Shown here one piece after another: positions 37,988-49,740 of a stretch of DNA of 64,000 nucleotides. The position numbers and the translations under genes are program-made. The first letter of the stretch is position 1. Every line of letters starts with the position of its first letter. The notes beneath the pieces are model-generated. The model searched no databases. It saw nothing but the letters and a program-made list of their open reading frames with translations, and was not told where the DNA came from. This DNA comes from Waddliaceae bacterium (GTDB taxonomy: Bacteria > Chlamydiota > Chlamydiia > Chlamydiales > SLFE01). The DNA is taken from positions 1-64,000 of the forward strand of contig CAWAPJ010000043.1 of assembly GCA_963783885.1 (NCBI GenBank), read 5' to 3'.

Positions 37988-38554
37988 ATGGTAAAAGAAA
38001 TAAAAGAAAACCTTGCGGAGATACAGAAAAAATTCTGGCTTTCTTCTGAATCTTCAAGAATCGTGCGTCTCCAAAAAGCTGAAAAAAGATTTGATGTTTG
38101 GCGAAGAAATCAACAAGATAGCTCGAAAAATCGCCTTTGTCTTTTAGTGCGGTGGCTGAAAGAGGATAATGGCGTTGTGTTGATCCGCAATTATGAAGAA
38201 CTCATATCATTAGGTAAGCGAGTATTATTTGAAATTGGAGAGATTCCACTGAAGGAAGAAATCGATAAATCAATTGCCAATGACAATATTGTAAAAGCTT
38301 TTAAGGATTTTTTCTGCAAGTCCCACTTTTATCGATATCTTGAGGACTCGGATATAAATAAGCTTTGTTATTGGCTCTCACACAATGAAGGGGGCAGCAT
38401 GATTTCTCGTCATGAAGATTTCGTCAAATTGGCTTCTATGTTGAATTCAGCAGGATACAATATCCCAAACACTCCTACCAGGGAGGTATTTCTGAAAGCT
38501 TATAGAGAGTATTTGGAATTATTAGCCAAAAAGCATAATTCAAGCCGTTTCTAG
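37988..38554 (+). CDS. Hypothetical protein, possibly 5'-truncated by the palindromic element
   Basis: 188-aa AT-rich ORF starting 4 nt after the palindrome. Confidence 0.5.
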   Translation: MVKEIKENLAEIQKKFWLSSESSRIVRLQKAEKRFDVWRRNQQDSSKNRLCLLVRWLKEDNGVVLIRNYEELISLGKRVLFEIGEIPLKEEIDKSIANDNIVKAFKDFFCKSHFYRYLEDSDINKLCYWLSHNEGGSMISRHEDFVKLASMLNSAGYNIPNTPTREVFLKAYREYLELLAKKHNSSRF

Positions 38555-39034
38555 CCAATCGCTGAAATCATCATTTGAAAGTTATCAATGTGGATTGAGA
38601 ACCATACTTTTACCCATAAGGTCTGATTTCTCTTTAAGACATGTAAAATTCCAATTACGTGCATCTGTGAGAAAAGCGGGCTAGAAAAACAAACAATAAG
38701 AACAATGTAACGATATAAAGGATAATCAATCAATACCTCAACCTTTTTCTTTTATCGTTGCTATCGTTAAGTCGTTTTCATCGTTAATTAGTTGTGAGCA
38801 TCACGTTTATTTAGAGGATTGAATCGGTTTAAAGATGTAGCATCTCACCATCGTCTGCACAAACGGATATTTCTGTCAAAAAAGATATGGGTAAAAGTAT
38901 GCTGAGAGCACTGCGTTGAATTTTTACGGAAAGGGCTGATTTTCAGTCTCCCATTTTTTCCCTTGAAAACTGCTGTTATTTCTGGCAACCTTGATGGTAC
39001 CGCTCATGGCCATTCAGACAAATAGGTACCTTTT

Positions 39035-40672
39035 ATGCTAGAAAATTATGAAGCATTTTCATCGAAGGAAGTCGAGATTTTGGAGAATTATGTGACAAAC
39101 ACCTCCGGACGTATCTTCTGCCTTCGCAACTTGCCCGAAGTTATCAAAGGGGCTCTTTTTTCCCGCTATTCGCGATCTTCATTAGGACTCAGATCGCTGC
39201 TTCTCAAGGAGTTTATACTCAATGACGAAGAGACGGCATTCGGAGAAATCGTTCCCGTCTCGGGAGAGAATGAAGACAAGCAGATACTGGCTTTGAAAAA
39301 AGCTCAGAATTTTTATGACCGCATTCTCGACGGTTATGGAGACGACTCTATCGGCGAGCTTGGAGGAGCGCATCTGGCGATTGAAAACGTCTCGATGCTT
39401 GGAGCTAAGATCATCGAAGACCGCCGCATCGGGGGATCTCCCTTGGAGAAGTCGACCCGCTATATCTATTTCGATCAGAAGGTAGGAGGCGAGTACCTTT
39501 TTTACAGGGAGCCGATTCTCATGACGTCGGCTTTTAGGGATGTGTATGTCAACACGTGCAATATGCTTTTCGAGACCTACAGCAAGCTGATACCGCCGCT
39601 AACGACCCTTATGGAAGGCAAATATCCTAAGGAAGAGGGAATTTCAACCGGAGCTTACAAAGCCTCTATCCGCGCCAAAGTCCTCGACTGCCTTCGCGGC
39701 CTCCTTCCTGCCGGGACGCTGACCAATATGGGCATCTATGGAAACGGCCGTTTTTTCGAGAGTATGATCCAGCGGCTACATTGCCACAATCTTGCCGAAC
39801 TTCAGGATATCGGAAAAACTGCACAGGAAGAGCTCGGAAAAATTATCCCCTCGTTTATCCGCCGCTCAGATCCCGAACACCGGACCCAGCAGGGGTTTGT
39901 GAAGTTTAAAGAGGCTATGGACCAAGCGATCGAGCTGATCACCGAACAAAATACCGAGTTTGCAGGGAAGTCGACAGAACCGGGCGTTCGCCTGCTTTCC
40001 TGGGATTCCGACGCTGTCCAAAATGTCGCCGCAGCGCTATTATTCGAGCATTCCGACAAAGGGCTTCATGAGCTTCGCCAATATTGCAAAAACTTGCCCG
40101 GCGAGGAAATCGCCAGGATTTTGGACGCCGGATGCAGTGCCAGGGAGAATCGGCGTCATAAGAGTCCCAGAGCTTTGGAGCATGCCGAATTGACCTTTGA
40201 AATCGTTGCCGATTTCGGAGCTTATCGGGACCTTCACAGGCACCGCATCCTCACCCAGGAAAGGCAGCTGCTGACATGCGACTATGGATTTTATACTCCT
40301 TCCGAGCTCCAGGGGCTCGGCGAAGAAGCCGAATATGTGGAGGCGATGTGCAGGGCGAAAGAGGTCTACGATGCCATTTCCGAGGAGCTTCCCGAAGAAG
40401 CGCAGTATGTTGTCCCCATGGCCTATAATATCCGCTGGTACTTTCATGTGAACCTGCGCGCACTTCAGTGGATTACCGAACTTCGGTCATCCCCTGCCGG
40501 CCATCCCAACTATCGCTACATTGCTCAGGAAATGGCCCGGCAGGTTTCGGAAAAGATTCCCGAGTTCGAGAGGTTTTTCAAATTTGTCGACTATGAAGGC
40601 TACGATCTCGGCCGTCTCGGCCAGGAGCAGCGAAAAGTCGAAAAGATGAAACTTAACTCCCAAAGTCGATAA
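39035..40672 (+). CDS. thyX: FAD-dependent thymidylate synthase, long chlamydial-type
   Basis: GALFSRYSRS, GYGDDSIGEL, EKSTRY, RDLHRHRILTQ, ELRSSPAGHPNYR. Confidence 0.9.
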   Translation: MLENYEAFSSKEVEILENYVTNTSGRIFCLRNLPEVIKGALFSRYSRSSLGLRSLLLKEFILNDEETAFGEIVPVSGENEDKQILALKKAQNFYDRILDGYGDDSIGELGGAHLAIENVSMLGAKIIEDRRIGGSPLEKSTRYIYFDQKVGGEYLFYREPILMTSAFRDVYVNTCNMLFETYSKLIPPLTTLMEGKYPKEEGISTGAYKASIRAKVLDCLRGLLPAGTLTNMGIYGNGRFFESMIQRLHCHNLAELQDIGKTAQEELGKIIPSFIRRSDPEHRTQQGFVKFKEAMDQAIELITEQNTEFAGKSTEPGVRLLSWDSDAVQNVAAALLFEHSDKGLHELRQYCKNLPGEEIARILDAGCSARENRRHKSPRALEHAELTFEIVADFGAYRDLHRHRILTQERQLLTCDYGFYTPSELQGLGEEAEYVEAMCRAKEVYDAISEELPEEAQYVVPMAYNIRWYFHVNLRALQWITELRSSPAGHPNYRYIAQEMARQVSEKIPEFERFFKFVDYEGYDLGRLGQEQRKVEKMKLNSQSR

Positions 40673-41456
40673 GATCCGGTTTTGGGGGTCTTGCAGGAAT
40701 TGGTTTCTCGGTAAAAGGGTTAAAAGAAGTTCTTAACTGTTGCGGCTTAGGAGGAGGGGGAAATTGAAAATCAGGACAGGCTTCCATCTCATCGCATGAG
40801 TATGAACTTTCCGAGCTGCTTGATGAAGCAAGAGGAGGAACATACGTTTTTTTAGCCTCTTGATCCAAGCAATTTTGGGGTTCACGTGGATCAAGTGGAT
40901 TACCCATAAGATCTTCAAAATAATTATCAAAGTCAATTTCTTTGCTTTGCTTCCGATGCAAATTAGGCATCGATCTTGAAATCTTTGACAGTGTTTTTTT
41001 CCGCTGTCCGGGAAGGTTACCCTGAGATAGCGTACTATGGTAAATTTCAGACAATCTTTTATTATTGCACCTGTGTTTTTTTGCCGTTTGATTAATCAGC
41101 TCCTTTTTTCTTTTCTTATTGTTTACCCAGATTTTTTGCTGTTCCAGACTCAATTTAAAAAACCAAGTGCGGACATAATTCTGCATTTTTTCGATAACTG
41201 CCTTATTATTTTGTTGGTTTGTGTTAGGTTGTATTATCCATTCTAGAAGTTGTTCTTTATCACTTTGTATCTCATCTGATGCACTTTTATTGACTCCTGG
41301 TTTCTCATATTGATCGATGATTTTTACAAAAATGTTCCAAATAAGGTGGCAGTCGGCGACAGTTTGGCAATAATTTGCGCCTATCGAACTCTGATTTAAG
41401 AACTGTTCTGCGGCATAGTCTGCATCTCTAAAATCGATGTGTTTTGTGTATATCAT
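40653..41456 (-). CDS. Hypothetical protein with Ser/Pro-rich C-terminus
   Basis: 267 aa, AGGAG RBS; PPPPKP and PARPPKP motifs. Confidence 0.6.
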   Translation of the reverse strand: MIYTKHIDFRDADYAAEQFLNQSSIGANYCQTVADCHLIWNIFVKIIDQYEKPGVNKSASDEIQSDKEQLLEWIIQPNTNQQNNKAVIEKMQNYVRTWFFKLSLEQQKIWVNNKKRKKELINQTAKKHRCNNKRLSEIYHSTLSQGNLPGQRKKTLSKISRSMPNLHRKQSKEIDFDNYFEDLMGNPLDPREPQNCLDQEAKKTYVPPLASSSSSESSYSCDEMEACPDFQFPPPPKPQQLRTSFNPFTEKPIPARPPKPDLIDFGS

Positions 41457-41568
41457 GATTAACTCCTTTGCAATAATGCCTCAAAGTTTTAGTAATTAAA
41501 CCTTTATTTTTCAAGCCTTTTCCTAGTTATTGAGAATAATCGTTTGAACTGATAGACTTATTGAACCC

Positions 41569-42774
41569 ATGGAGAGTCTTAAACATGCACATCAGGGAAG
41601 TGTTCTGGGCAGTTCGCTGCTGATCGCCGGATGCTGCATTGGTGCGGGGATGCTGGGGCTCCCTGTCCTGAGCGCGTACGCAGGATTCATTCCGAGTGCG
41701 GTGTTTTTCTTCCTCGTCTGGCTCTTTATGATGACAACAGGCCTGCTTCTTCTCGAAGTGAACCTTTGGTTCAAAGATGAAGATGTCAGTATCATCTCGA
41801 TGGCAGGAAGAACGCTGGGAAGAGGCGGGCGGATCGCCGGCTGGATCTTGTTTTGCTATCTCTTTTATTCGGTCATGGTCGCCTACATAGCTGGGAGCGG
41901 TTCGCTTCTCGCTGGTGTGGCGGACGATTTCGGACTCATTCTGCCCAGATGGCTGGGGAGTGTGATTTTTACAATTTTTTTTGGCGTGCTGATCTACTTT
42001 GGAACCGAAGTGGTCGACTGGTTCAACCGCCTCCTCATGATCGGCCTTGTTACGTCCTATTTTTCCCTATTGTTTTTTGGGGTCGGTTATATCGAGCCGG
42101 ATCTTTTGGAAAGAAGCGATTGGCCTGCTGTCTTGCTGGTCATTCCGGCGATGGTCATTTCCTTCGGCTACCATAACCTCATTCCCAGCCTGACCACCTA
42201 TCTGCATGGGAACTCGAAAAAACTGATTGGCGTGGTTGTCATTGGAAGCCTCATCCCCCTGGTCATTTATCTGGCCTGGGAGTCTTTGATTTTGGGGATT
42301 GTGCCGGTGAAGGGTTTCCAAATGGCTTTGGATAGCGGCGAGATTGCCACTCTTGCTTTAAAAAATGTTGTCAATTCCAAAATTGTTATCCTCCTTGCTC
42401 AGCATTTTGCGTTTTTTGCCCTCATCTCTTCGTTTTTGAGCGTCGCTTTGAGCTTTCTCGATTTTCTAGCCGACGGGCTGCATATCAAAAAAGATGCTAA
42501 AGGGAAATTCTCTCTTTGCCTGCTGACTTTGACTCCTCCGTTTATCCTCGCGATGATCTATCCGGGTATTTTTCTCGTAGCGCTAAGCTATGCGGGAGCC
42601 TTTGGGGCGATCATCCTTTTTGGCATAATGCCGGCTCTGATGGTCTGGAGAGGCAGATATCATTTAAAGACAGATACTATACGGATTGTTCCCGGAGGGC
42701 GGGCCGCCCTCAGCCTCATCATCGGGTTTGCCTCATGGGTCGTGATTGTTAACTTATTGGAGATTGTATTGTGA
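41569..42774 (+). CDS. tyrP: Aromatic amino acid permease (TyrP family)
   Basis: GSSLLIAGCCIGAGMLGLP, SFGYHNLIPSL, many TM helices. Confidence 0.88.
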   Translation: MESLKHAHQGSVLGSSLLIAGCCIGAGMLGLPVLSAYAGFIPSAVFFFLVWLFMMTTGLLLLEVNLWFKDEDVSIISMAGRTLGRGGRIAGWILFCYLFYSVMVAYIAGSGSLLAGVADDFGLILPRWLGSVIFTIFFGVLIYFGTEVVDWFNRLLMIGLVTSYFSLLFFGVGYIEPDLLERSDWPAVLLVIPAMVISFGYHNLIPSLTTYLHGNSKKLIGVVVIGSLIPLVIYLAWESLILGIVPVKGFQMALDSGEIATLALKNVVNSKIVILLAQHFAFFALISSFLSVALSFLDFLADGLHIKKDAKGKFSLCLLTLTPPFILAMIYPGIFLVALSYAGAFGAIILFGIMPALMVWRGRYHLKTDTIRIVPGGRAALSLIIGFASWVVIVNLLEIVL

Positions 42775-43991
42775 AATATGCGGGTAAAATCCTCGGGGGT
42801 GTATTGCTTGTGGCGGGAACGACCATTGGAGGAGCTATTCTGGCTCTTCCCGTCACTGCCGGCTTGTCGGGATTGTTTCCCACTTTGGCGTTGTTTGTGA
42901 TTTATTGGATTTTAACGACATTTTCCGCCTGCCTCTTTCTTGAAGTGGACCTGTGGATTCCGGATCGGAGGGTCAACATTATCTCTATGGCTAAGGCGAC
43001 ACTCGGCAGATGGGGAGAAGTGGTGTCGTGGATTCTCTACCTTTTTCTTCTCTATACTTTGACGACCGCTTATATGGCGGCAAGCGGCCCCTTGTTTGTG
43101 TCGTTTGTGTCCTATGTGACAGGAATTGCTATGCCCGCTTGGTTCGGTCCGCTTCCATTGATTTTGATTTTTAGCTTTTTTGTTTACGAAGGGGCCAAAT
43201 ATGTCGACTATCTGAATCGCCTCCTCATGTTCGGTCTTATTTTTACGTACGTGGTGCTGAGCACATGGCTTCTGCCCCATTTGGATTTGGATTTGCTGAC
43301 GAATCAGAATTGGCATTTTCTGCCGCTGGCTGTGGCGATGGTAGCCACATCTTTCGGTTATCATATCATTATTCCCACAGTAACCCGTTATTTGAACCGT
43401 GATGTGAGGGCTTTAGTCATTGTGATTGTAATCGGGGGAGCGACCCCTTTGATTATCAATGGCATTTGGGCGTTTGTCACGCTCGGCATCATACCGATAG
43501 GAGGGTCCAGCGGCCTGATGGAAGGATATATACAAGGGAAAAACTCCGTTGAATTGATCATCAGCCACCTTGGAAATACCTGGCTGGCCAGTGCGGCTCA
43601 GTGGTTTCAATTTTTTGCCATTGTCACCTCATTTTTGGGAGTTTCCTTGAGTCTTAGGGACTTTTTAGCAGATGGTCTTGGCATAAAGAATACCGCTTCG
43701 GGAAGGTGGATGCTTTATTTCCTCACATTCCTGCCTCCATTGTTTTTTGCTCTGACAATCCATCGGGCATTTTTTATGGCTTTGGATTATGCCGGCGTGT
43801 TCGGTGTTCTCATTCTTCTCGTCGTGATGCCTATCCTTATGGTATGGTGGGGACGGTATAGCAAAAGTTTCAGCTCTGACCAATTTAAAACGCCGGGGGG
43901 TAAGCCGGCTCTCGCTCTGGCTCTCGCGACAGCCTGTTTGTTGATACTTCTGGAGGCAGGGAATAAAATGGGAATTTTTCAGTATTTTTAA
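42771..43991 (+). CDS. tyrP: Aromatic amino acid permease (TyrP family)
   Basis: [42 protein letters not shown] overlap with the previous gene. Confidence 0.88.
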   Translation: MKYAGKILGGVLLVAGTTIGGAILALPVTAGLSGLFPTLALFVIYWILTTFSACLFLEVDLWIPDRRVNIISMAKATLGRWGEVVSWILYLFLLYTLTTAYMAASGPLFVSFVSYVTGIAMPAWFGPLPLILIFSFFVYEGAKYVDYLNRLLMFGLIFTYVVLSTWLLPHLDLDLLTNQNWHFLPLAVAMVATSFGYHIIIPTVTRYLNRDVRALVIVIVIGGATPLIINGIWAFVTLGIIPIGGSSGLMEGYIQGKNSVELIISHLGNTWLASAAQWFQFFAIVTSFLGVSLSLRDFLADGLGIKNTASGRWMLYFLTFLPPLFFALTIHRAFFMALDYAGVFGVLILLVVMPILMVWWGRYSKSFSSDQFKTPGGKPALALALATACLLILLEAGNKMGIFQYF

Positions 43992-43998
43992 AGAGGGA

Positions 43999-45060
43999 AT
44001 GATGGCAGAGGAAAAAAAACGGATTTTAACAGGCGACAGGCCGACGGGAAAATTGCATTTGGGACATTTTGTCGGCTCAATTCAAAGCAGGGCCCAGCTG
44101 CAGGATAAATATGAGTGCATCTTTATCATTGCCGATTTGCATATGCTCACGACCAAACCCTCCCGGGAAGATATTATGGGAATGCGCGATAACTTGCGCC
44201 ATATGGTCCTCGATTATCTGGCTTGCGGCATCGATCCGGAAAAATCAATCATTTATCTCCAATCTGGGGTGCCGGCGATTTATGAACTCAATCTTTTTTT
44301 TGAGAATATGGTCTCCATCAACCGGCTGTCGGGCCTGCCGAGTCTCAAAGATATGGCCCGCAACGCCCATATGGACCCCGAGAACGTCCCTTTTGGACTC
44401 CTCGGCTATCCCGTTTTACAGTCAGCTGATATACTGCTCCCCAGAGCCCATTTAGTCCCTGTTGGAAAGGATAATGAGGCGCATGTAGAGATCACGCGCG
44501 ATATCGCTCGCCGCTTCAACCAGTATTACAGCGAGGTGTTCCCTCTCCCTGAGGCTATTTTAAGCAATGTGCCGACGCTTGTCGGGACCGACGGCAAAGG
44601 GAAAATGAGCAAATCAGCAGGCAATGCGATTTTTCTATCCGACGACTCTAAGACTGTCATTAAAAAAGTACGCGGCATGTACACCGATCCCAAACGGGTG
44701 CATGCCGATGTTCCCGGCACCGTTGAAGGGAATCCGGTATTTATCTATCACGATATCTTCAATTCCAATAAGGATGAGGTTCGCGACTTAAAGGAGCGCT
44801 ACCAAAAGGGAACTGTGGGCGATGTCGAAGTGAAAGACAAACTAGCCGCTGCCCTGAATCATTTCCTCGATCCCATTCGCGACAGGCGCAAAGCTTACGA
44901 GAGTGAGAAGGGCCTTGTCGAGGAAATTCTTTTTCACGGGACCAACAAAATGAATGAGATCGCCGCTGAAACAATGAAGGCGGTCCATCAGGCGATGGGT
45001 GTCGCGGGAACCTGGAAGAAGATTTCCCGCATTGCCCGCGAGAGGCAAAATGCCGTTTGA
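43999..45060 (+). CDS. trpS: Tryptophanyl-tRNA synthetase
   Basis: [35 protein letters not shown]. Confidence 0.96.
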   Translation: MMAEEKKRILTGDRPTGKLHLGHFVGSIQSRAQLQDKYECIFIIADLHMLTTKPSREDIMGMRDNLRHMVLDYLACGIDPEKSIIYLQSGVPAIYELNLFFENMVSINRLSGLPSLKDMARNAHMDPENVPFGLLGYPVLQSADILLPRAHLVPVGKDNEAHVEITRDIARRFNQYYSEVFPLPEAILSNVPTLVGTDGKGKMSKSAGNAIFLSDDSKTVIKKVRGMYTDPKRVHADVPGTVEGNPVFIYHDIFNSNKDEVRDLKERYQKGTVGDVEVKDKLAAALNHFLDPIRDRRKAYESEKGLVEEILFHGTNKMNEIAAETMKAVHQAMGVAGTWKKISRIARERQNAV

Positions 45061-47050
45061 GCTTGTGACAAATTTTAAGCCTCGGGGCGACCAGCCGAAA
45101 GCGATCGGCGAGCTTTCAGAAGGGGTGGTTTCGGGGAAGCGTTCCCAGGTTTTGCTCGGCATCACCGGTTCGGGGAAAACGTTCACAATGGCTGGAGTGA
45201 TTCAAAATGTTCAGAGGCCGACCCTCGTCCTCGCCCACAATAAAACCCTCGCCGCCCAGCTTTATCAGGAGTTTAAATCGTTTTTCCCTAATAATGCCGT
45301 CGAATATTTCGTCTCCTATTACGATTACTATCAGCCGGAGGCCTACATTGCCCGGACAGATACCTATATCGAAAAAGATATGGCTATCAACGACAAGATC
45401 GACAAGATGCGCCTCAGCGCTACCCGATCCCTGCTTGAGCGCGACGATGTGATCATTGTCGCTTCGGTATCTTGCATCTACGGCCTCGGCTCTCCGGAAT
45501 ATTACCGAGGAATGAACCTCCAGCTTGAAGTGGACCGCGAGGTGCGCCGCGACGACATATTGCTGCACCTTGTCGAAATGCAGTACCAGAGAAACGATAT
45601 CGACTTTGCCAGGGCCACATTCAGGGTTCGAGGAGACGTTCTCGAAATTTTTCCTGCTTACGAAGACGATCTGGCCATCCGTGTGGAATTTTTTGGCGAC
45701 GAAATCGAAAGAATCAGCGAAATCGATCCTTTGACCGGCAGAGTCATCAGACGCGTCCCCGAAATTGTGATCTACCCTTCGTCCCACCACGTCACCCCCG
45801 AAGAGGTGCGGACCAGAGCCATACTAAGCATCAAAGATGAGCTGAAAGAGCGGTCGGAGTGGTTTGAAAAACAAAATCTCCTTGTCGAGCAGCAAAGAAT
45901 CAACCAAAGGACCAAATACGACCTGGAAATGATCAAAGAGGTCGGATTTTGCAAAGGGATCGAAAACTATTCCCGCCATTTCAGCCAGAGAAAAGAAGGC
46001 GAGCCCCCTTCGTGCCTTCTCGATTATTTTCCCGATAATTATCTCATGTTTATCGACGAGTCCCACCAGACCATTCCCCAGGTTCACGCGATGTACAACG
46101 GCGACAAAGCACGTAAAAAGTCGCTGGTCGACTTCGGCTTCCGTCTCCCTTCTGCCTATGACAACCGGCCCTTAAAGTTTGAAGAGTTTTATGAACGGAT
46201 CCATCAAGTGGTTTTCGTCTCTGCCACTCCGGCGGAGTGGGAGGTAAGGGAAGCGTCAAACGTCGTTGTCGAACAGATCATACGGCCAACCGGCCTTCTC
46301 GACCCTGTCATCGAAGTCAAGCCTGCATCGGGTCAGGTTGACGACTGCATCGAACAGATCAGGCAGGAAGTGGAGAAGGGAGGCCGCGTCCTAGTGACAA
46401 CCCTGACCAAGCGCCTTTCCGAAGAGCTCACAAAATACCTGCTCGAGCTTGATGTCAGCGCCAAATACCTGCACTCCGATATAGACACAGTCGAGCGCAT
46501 CCAGATCATCAGCGACCTCCGCTCCGGCTACTTCGACGTGCTTGTCGGAATCAACCTTTTAAGAGAAGGGCTCGACATACCCGAAGTTTCCCTCGTCTGC
46601 ATCCTCGATGCCGATAAGGAGGGCTTTCTCCGCAGCGAAACGTCCCTCATCCAAACATGCGGCAGGGCCGCCCGGAATGTCTGCGGCCGCGTCGTAATGT
46701 ACGCCGACAAAATTACCCGCTCCATTAAAAAAACACTTGATATTACGCAAGAAAGACGGGGGCAGCAGATCGCCTATAACCAAGAACACAACATTACACC
46801 CCAATCGGTCAAAAGAGAAATTTCCCTTCTCGTTGCAGAAGAGGCTGTTTACGAAGAGGCTGCCGAAGAAAAGGCAGTAGCCGAAGAACCCCATCACTAC
46901 CTCTCTTCCGAGGAGGTTCAAAAGCTTGTCAAGCAATACGAAAAAGAGATGAACCTCGCCGCCAAAGAGCATCGCTTCGAAGATGCTGCCCGCTGCCGCG
47001 ACCTCATGCACAAGTACCGCGACATGGCCCTCGCACTCTGCGAGGAGTAG
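45050..47050 (+). CDS. uvrB: Excinuclease ABC subunit B
   Basis: ATG 45050 (MPFEL); [35 protein letters not shown]-terminal UVR coil. Confidence 0.97.
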   Translation: MPFELVTNFKPRGDQPKAIGELSEGVVSGKRSQVLLGITGSGKTFTMAGVIQNVQRPTLVLAHNKTLAAQLYQEFKSFFPNNAVEYFVSYYDYYQPEAYIARTDTYIEKDMAINDKIDKMRLSATRSLLERDDVIIVASVSCIYGLGSPEYYRGMNLQLEVDREVRRDDILLHLVEMQYQRNDIDFARATFRVRGDVLEIFPAYEDDLAIRVEFFGDEIERISEIDPLTGRVIRRVPEIVIYPSSHHVTPEEVRTRAILSIKDELKERSEWFEKQNLLVEQQRINQRTKYDLEMIKEVGFCKGIENYSRHFSQRKEGEPPSCLLDYFPDNYLMFIDESHQTIPQVHAMYNGDKARKKSLVDFGFRLPSAYDNRPLKFEEFYERIHQVVFVSATPAEWEVREASNVVVEQIIRPTGLLDPVIEVKPASGQVDDCIEQIRQEVEKGGRVLVTTLTKRLSEELTKYLLELDVSAKYLHSDIDTVERIQIISDLRSGYFDVLVGINLLREGLDIPEVSLVCILDADKEGFLRSETSLIQTCGRAARNVCGRVVMYADKITRSIKKTLDITQERRGQQIAYNQEHNITPQSVKREISLLVAEEAVYEEAAEEKAVAEEPHHYLSSEEVQKLVKQYEKEMNLAAKEHRFEDAARCRDLMHKYRDMALALCEE

Positions 47051-47110
47051 GCGTATTCCGATATATTTCAACACCCGTTTGCTCAAGAAGGATATAGAGT
47101 AGACCCCAAA

Positions 47111-47644
47111 TCATTGAAATAATGGACCTGAAGTGCGGTTCACGATCTCCCGGGGACTGGGCTTTTGCCGGGAAGCATGGCACTCAGCTTTGGAATTTTT
47201 TTCCTTCTCTACTTTTTCATCCAAATCGCTTAAGTCAAAGAGGCCGTCATGCTTTATCCTAACTCTATGAAAACGAATATTTTTGTCGATTGCCAAAAAG
47301 GCAGCCGAGTAGCCGGGCGCCGGTTCTCGAGAGGCTCTGCTGTTGATGTTGATCTCTTTTAAGTAAACGTTGATGGCGTCATTAGTTTTTGTGACGCTTG
47401 TGATTCCGATAAAATTTGTGGAATCGGTGGTTTCTTTCCCGATAATGAACAGGGTGCGCTTGGAAAAATCGATGCGGGAGGCGATAGGTTCCAATTGAAG
47501 GTTTTCGGCAGAACACCAGCGGGTCAAAATGTCCTTTGATTGAATACAGTAAAAGTCGTTATCCATGATGTTGGTTCTGGGCATTCTTTTTGTATGTCCA
47601 ATGACTTGATAAAAGGTGCAAACAGCAGATGTTATTGGTTCCAT
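47111..47644 (-). CDS. Hypothetical protein with a possible PrcB C-terminal-like domain
   Basis: IDFSKRTLFII...T....IGITSV......INVY resembles PrcB_C; weak. Confidence 0.45.
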   Translation of the reverse strand: MEPITSAVCTFYQVIGHTKRMPRTNIMDNDFYCIQSKDILTRWCSAENLQLEPIASRIDFSKRTLFIIGKETTDSTNFIGITSVTKTNDAINVYLKEININSRASREPAPGYSAAFLAIDKNIRFHRVRIKHDGLFDLSDLDEKVEKEKNSKAECHASRQKPSPREIVNRTSGPLFQ

Positions 47645-47842
47645 GACTTCTCCAATTAATAAAGTTGGTGCAAAATAAGAAATAAATCGACTATGCGTGC
47701 AAGGCTTAGCATACTTAAAACAGGCTTAAGAATCCATATATTTTTCCCCTTGAGGCTTATTTTTAAAGAAAAAATTTGTTATAATAATAATTGAAAAATA
47801 GGGTTTTTTTTCTTATAGAAAGTCACAAAAATTAGCAAAGAT

Positions 47843-49714
47843 ATGGAACCAATAACCTTAGTAAAAATCAAAAAGCTGATCAATAAATTCGATCATTTTG
47901 AACGTCATCCTACTGAATTTGAAAGGATTGAGACTCTTATTAAAAAGGCGGATGCATGTCTTGATAAAGAAGCAAAGTATAAGTCTCTAGAAACCAAAGC
48001 GATGTGTCTCAAGCTCGAGGGGCGGAAAATCTCTCTTTTCTATCGGCTGGAGATGGGAGACCGGCTGCAGCAGAAAGATTCTGCGGAATATCTCCATCAA
48101 GTGCTAAGCAAAAGGATGGTCGACTGGGTTTATGCCTATCCGGGGTTCAACCCCGATACACACGATCATGAGCCCGAGAGGAAAATTATCGAAGTGTGCG
48201 AAAAGTTTCCCGCTTTTGCCGATTTGCTCCTTAGGGATGAAAAGCTGCTGGATTCATTTTTCAAGTGGGCCATAAGGGATAACAACACAGTGGCTCCTAT
48301 GGTCATGTTTATCTCTCTTACAGACCTGCTCCAAAGGTGCAGTCTTTCGCAAAGAACCGGATATAATATGGGGCGGGATATCCAAATACACACAGATTTT
48401 GATATCGAGGGGCACATTGTCCGAACTCTTGCCATTCCGGTTGAAGGGAGGCATTATAATATTGCCGCTAAAGATCAAAAAGTGTTAATGAAGGACGGAA
48501 CCGAAAGAACTCTCAAGGAAATGTTTGAGACTTTCCGCAACAAAGTTCACGGGCCGAGTGATCTGGAATTTTTCCCCAGAATTGGCATTACCTATTGGCC
48601 CTCTTATGAACCTTGGAAGGTAATGAACTTTGACGATCCCGAATTTTGGATCGGTCCGCCCCAGCTTAGGATTATCAACATTGATGAAGCTCAAAGAATC
48701 TATGGACCGACTGTTCCCGGCATCAAAATGATCGAAGCCGTAGTGCCTCGGGAGAAGATCATCGAAAGAGACGGATTGTATTGGGTGGAACACGACCTTG
48801 CACTATTGAACGAAGTGAAGATACTCGAGGAGATGGGAGGGTTTGTCAAGGTTAGAATGCGGGAAAGGATCGCCGTTGATGGAAAGAACTTTATCCATGT
48901 TGTTCGAGCGACAAAGCAAAAGGATATGAGTTTTATGCGAACCCATGGTTTCGGAGATGTATTGATACCGCTAAAATCGGGACGCTACTACTTGTTTTCC
49001 ATGGGTAAATATCCCAAAAAGTTTCCCGGATCGGTTATTAAGCTCGTCATGGATTTTGTCAACGTTGTCCTGGCGGCCTTGCAGGTTGTTGACGACAATG
49101 TGTTTTTCAATCATCGCAATCATACACGCGAGTGCATCGGACTGACCCCCGAACAGGGAAAAACGCTGCTGGAAATTATACGGTTTTTGCTCATTCTTGC
49201 TCGCGATGACAAACTTGGCTTCGAGTTTCAAACGGAAGGGTGCGCGAAAATGGAACAGGTTGATATCGTCAAAATGGTGATGAAAATAGAAGAGGACGGC
49301 CATCCCGATGAAGAAGCAATCAGAGAAAGAATCGCTCACTTTCTTTATTCTAAAGAACTTGATGGTTACGATCTAAAGCATCTTCCCAATTTTTTCAGAA
49401 CCACTTTGGACTATGTCCAGCCCGAAGGGGCTCTGGGTCTTGTTCTGACTTTCATTAAGAAATTCCCTAGGTTTTTGCAGCCTTCTCTTGTGACGATGGT
49501 TTATATGCTGACAGGCGTTTGGAGGGGGATGACATTTAAAATCGGGGGGCGCGATATTCGACTGTCTCACATGCAATCTTCTTGCTTTCGCGATCACACT
49601 TATTATAAGCACAGCCTCTACCACCCCGGCTATTTGCACTTTCAGCAGGAAAAGAAGGGTATCACACTCTTAAGGCGCAAGCTCGCCTTTATCAAGCTCC
49701 CGTTTTACAAATAA
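47843..49714 (+). CDS. Hypothetical protein, paralogue A of a tandem pair
   Basis: 623 aa; shares FA.LLL.D.KL...FF.W.IRD, RAT, H.F, IP...GRY, GKY and E.C with the next ORF. Confidence 0.75.
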   Translation: MEPITLVKIKKLINKFDHFERHPTEFERIETLIKKADACLDKEAKYKSLETKAMCLKLEGRKISLFYRLEMGDRLQQKDSAEYLHQVLSKRMVDWVYAYPGFNPDTHDHEPERKIIEVCEKFPAFADLLLRDEKLLDSFFKWAIRDNNTVAPMVMFISLTDLLQRCSLSQRTGYNMGRDIQIHTDFDIEGHIVRTLAIPVEGRHYNIAAKDQKVLMKDGTERTLKEMFETFRNKVHGPSDLEFFPRIGITYWPSYEPWKVMNFDDPEFWIGPPQLRIINIDEAQRIYGPTVPGIKMIEAVVPREKIIERDGLYWVEHDLALLNEVKILEEMGGFVKVRMRERIAVDGKNFIHVVRATKQKDMSFMRTHGFGDVLIPLKSGRYYLFSMGKYPKKFPGSVIKLVMDFVNVVLAALQVVDDNVFFNHRNHTRECIGLTPEQGKTLLEIIRFLLILARDDKLGFEFQTEGCAKMEQVDIVKMVMKIEEDGHPDEEAIRERIAHFLYSKELDGYDLKHLPNFFRTTLDYVQPEGALGLVLTFIKKFPRFLQPSLVTMVYMLTGVWRGMTFKIGGRDIRLSHMQSSCFRDHTYYKHSLYHPGYLHFQQEKKGITLLRRKLAFIKLPFYK

Positions 49715-49740
49715 ATTGAGATTATGGTAAATCTTCAGTC

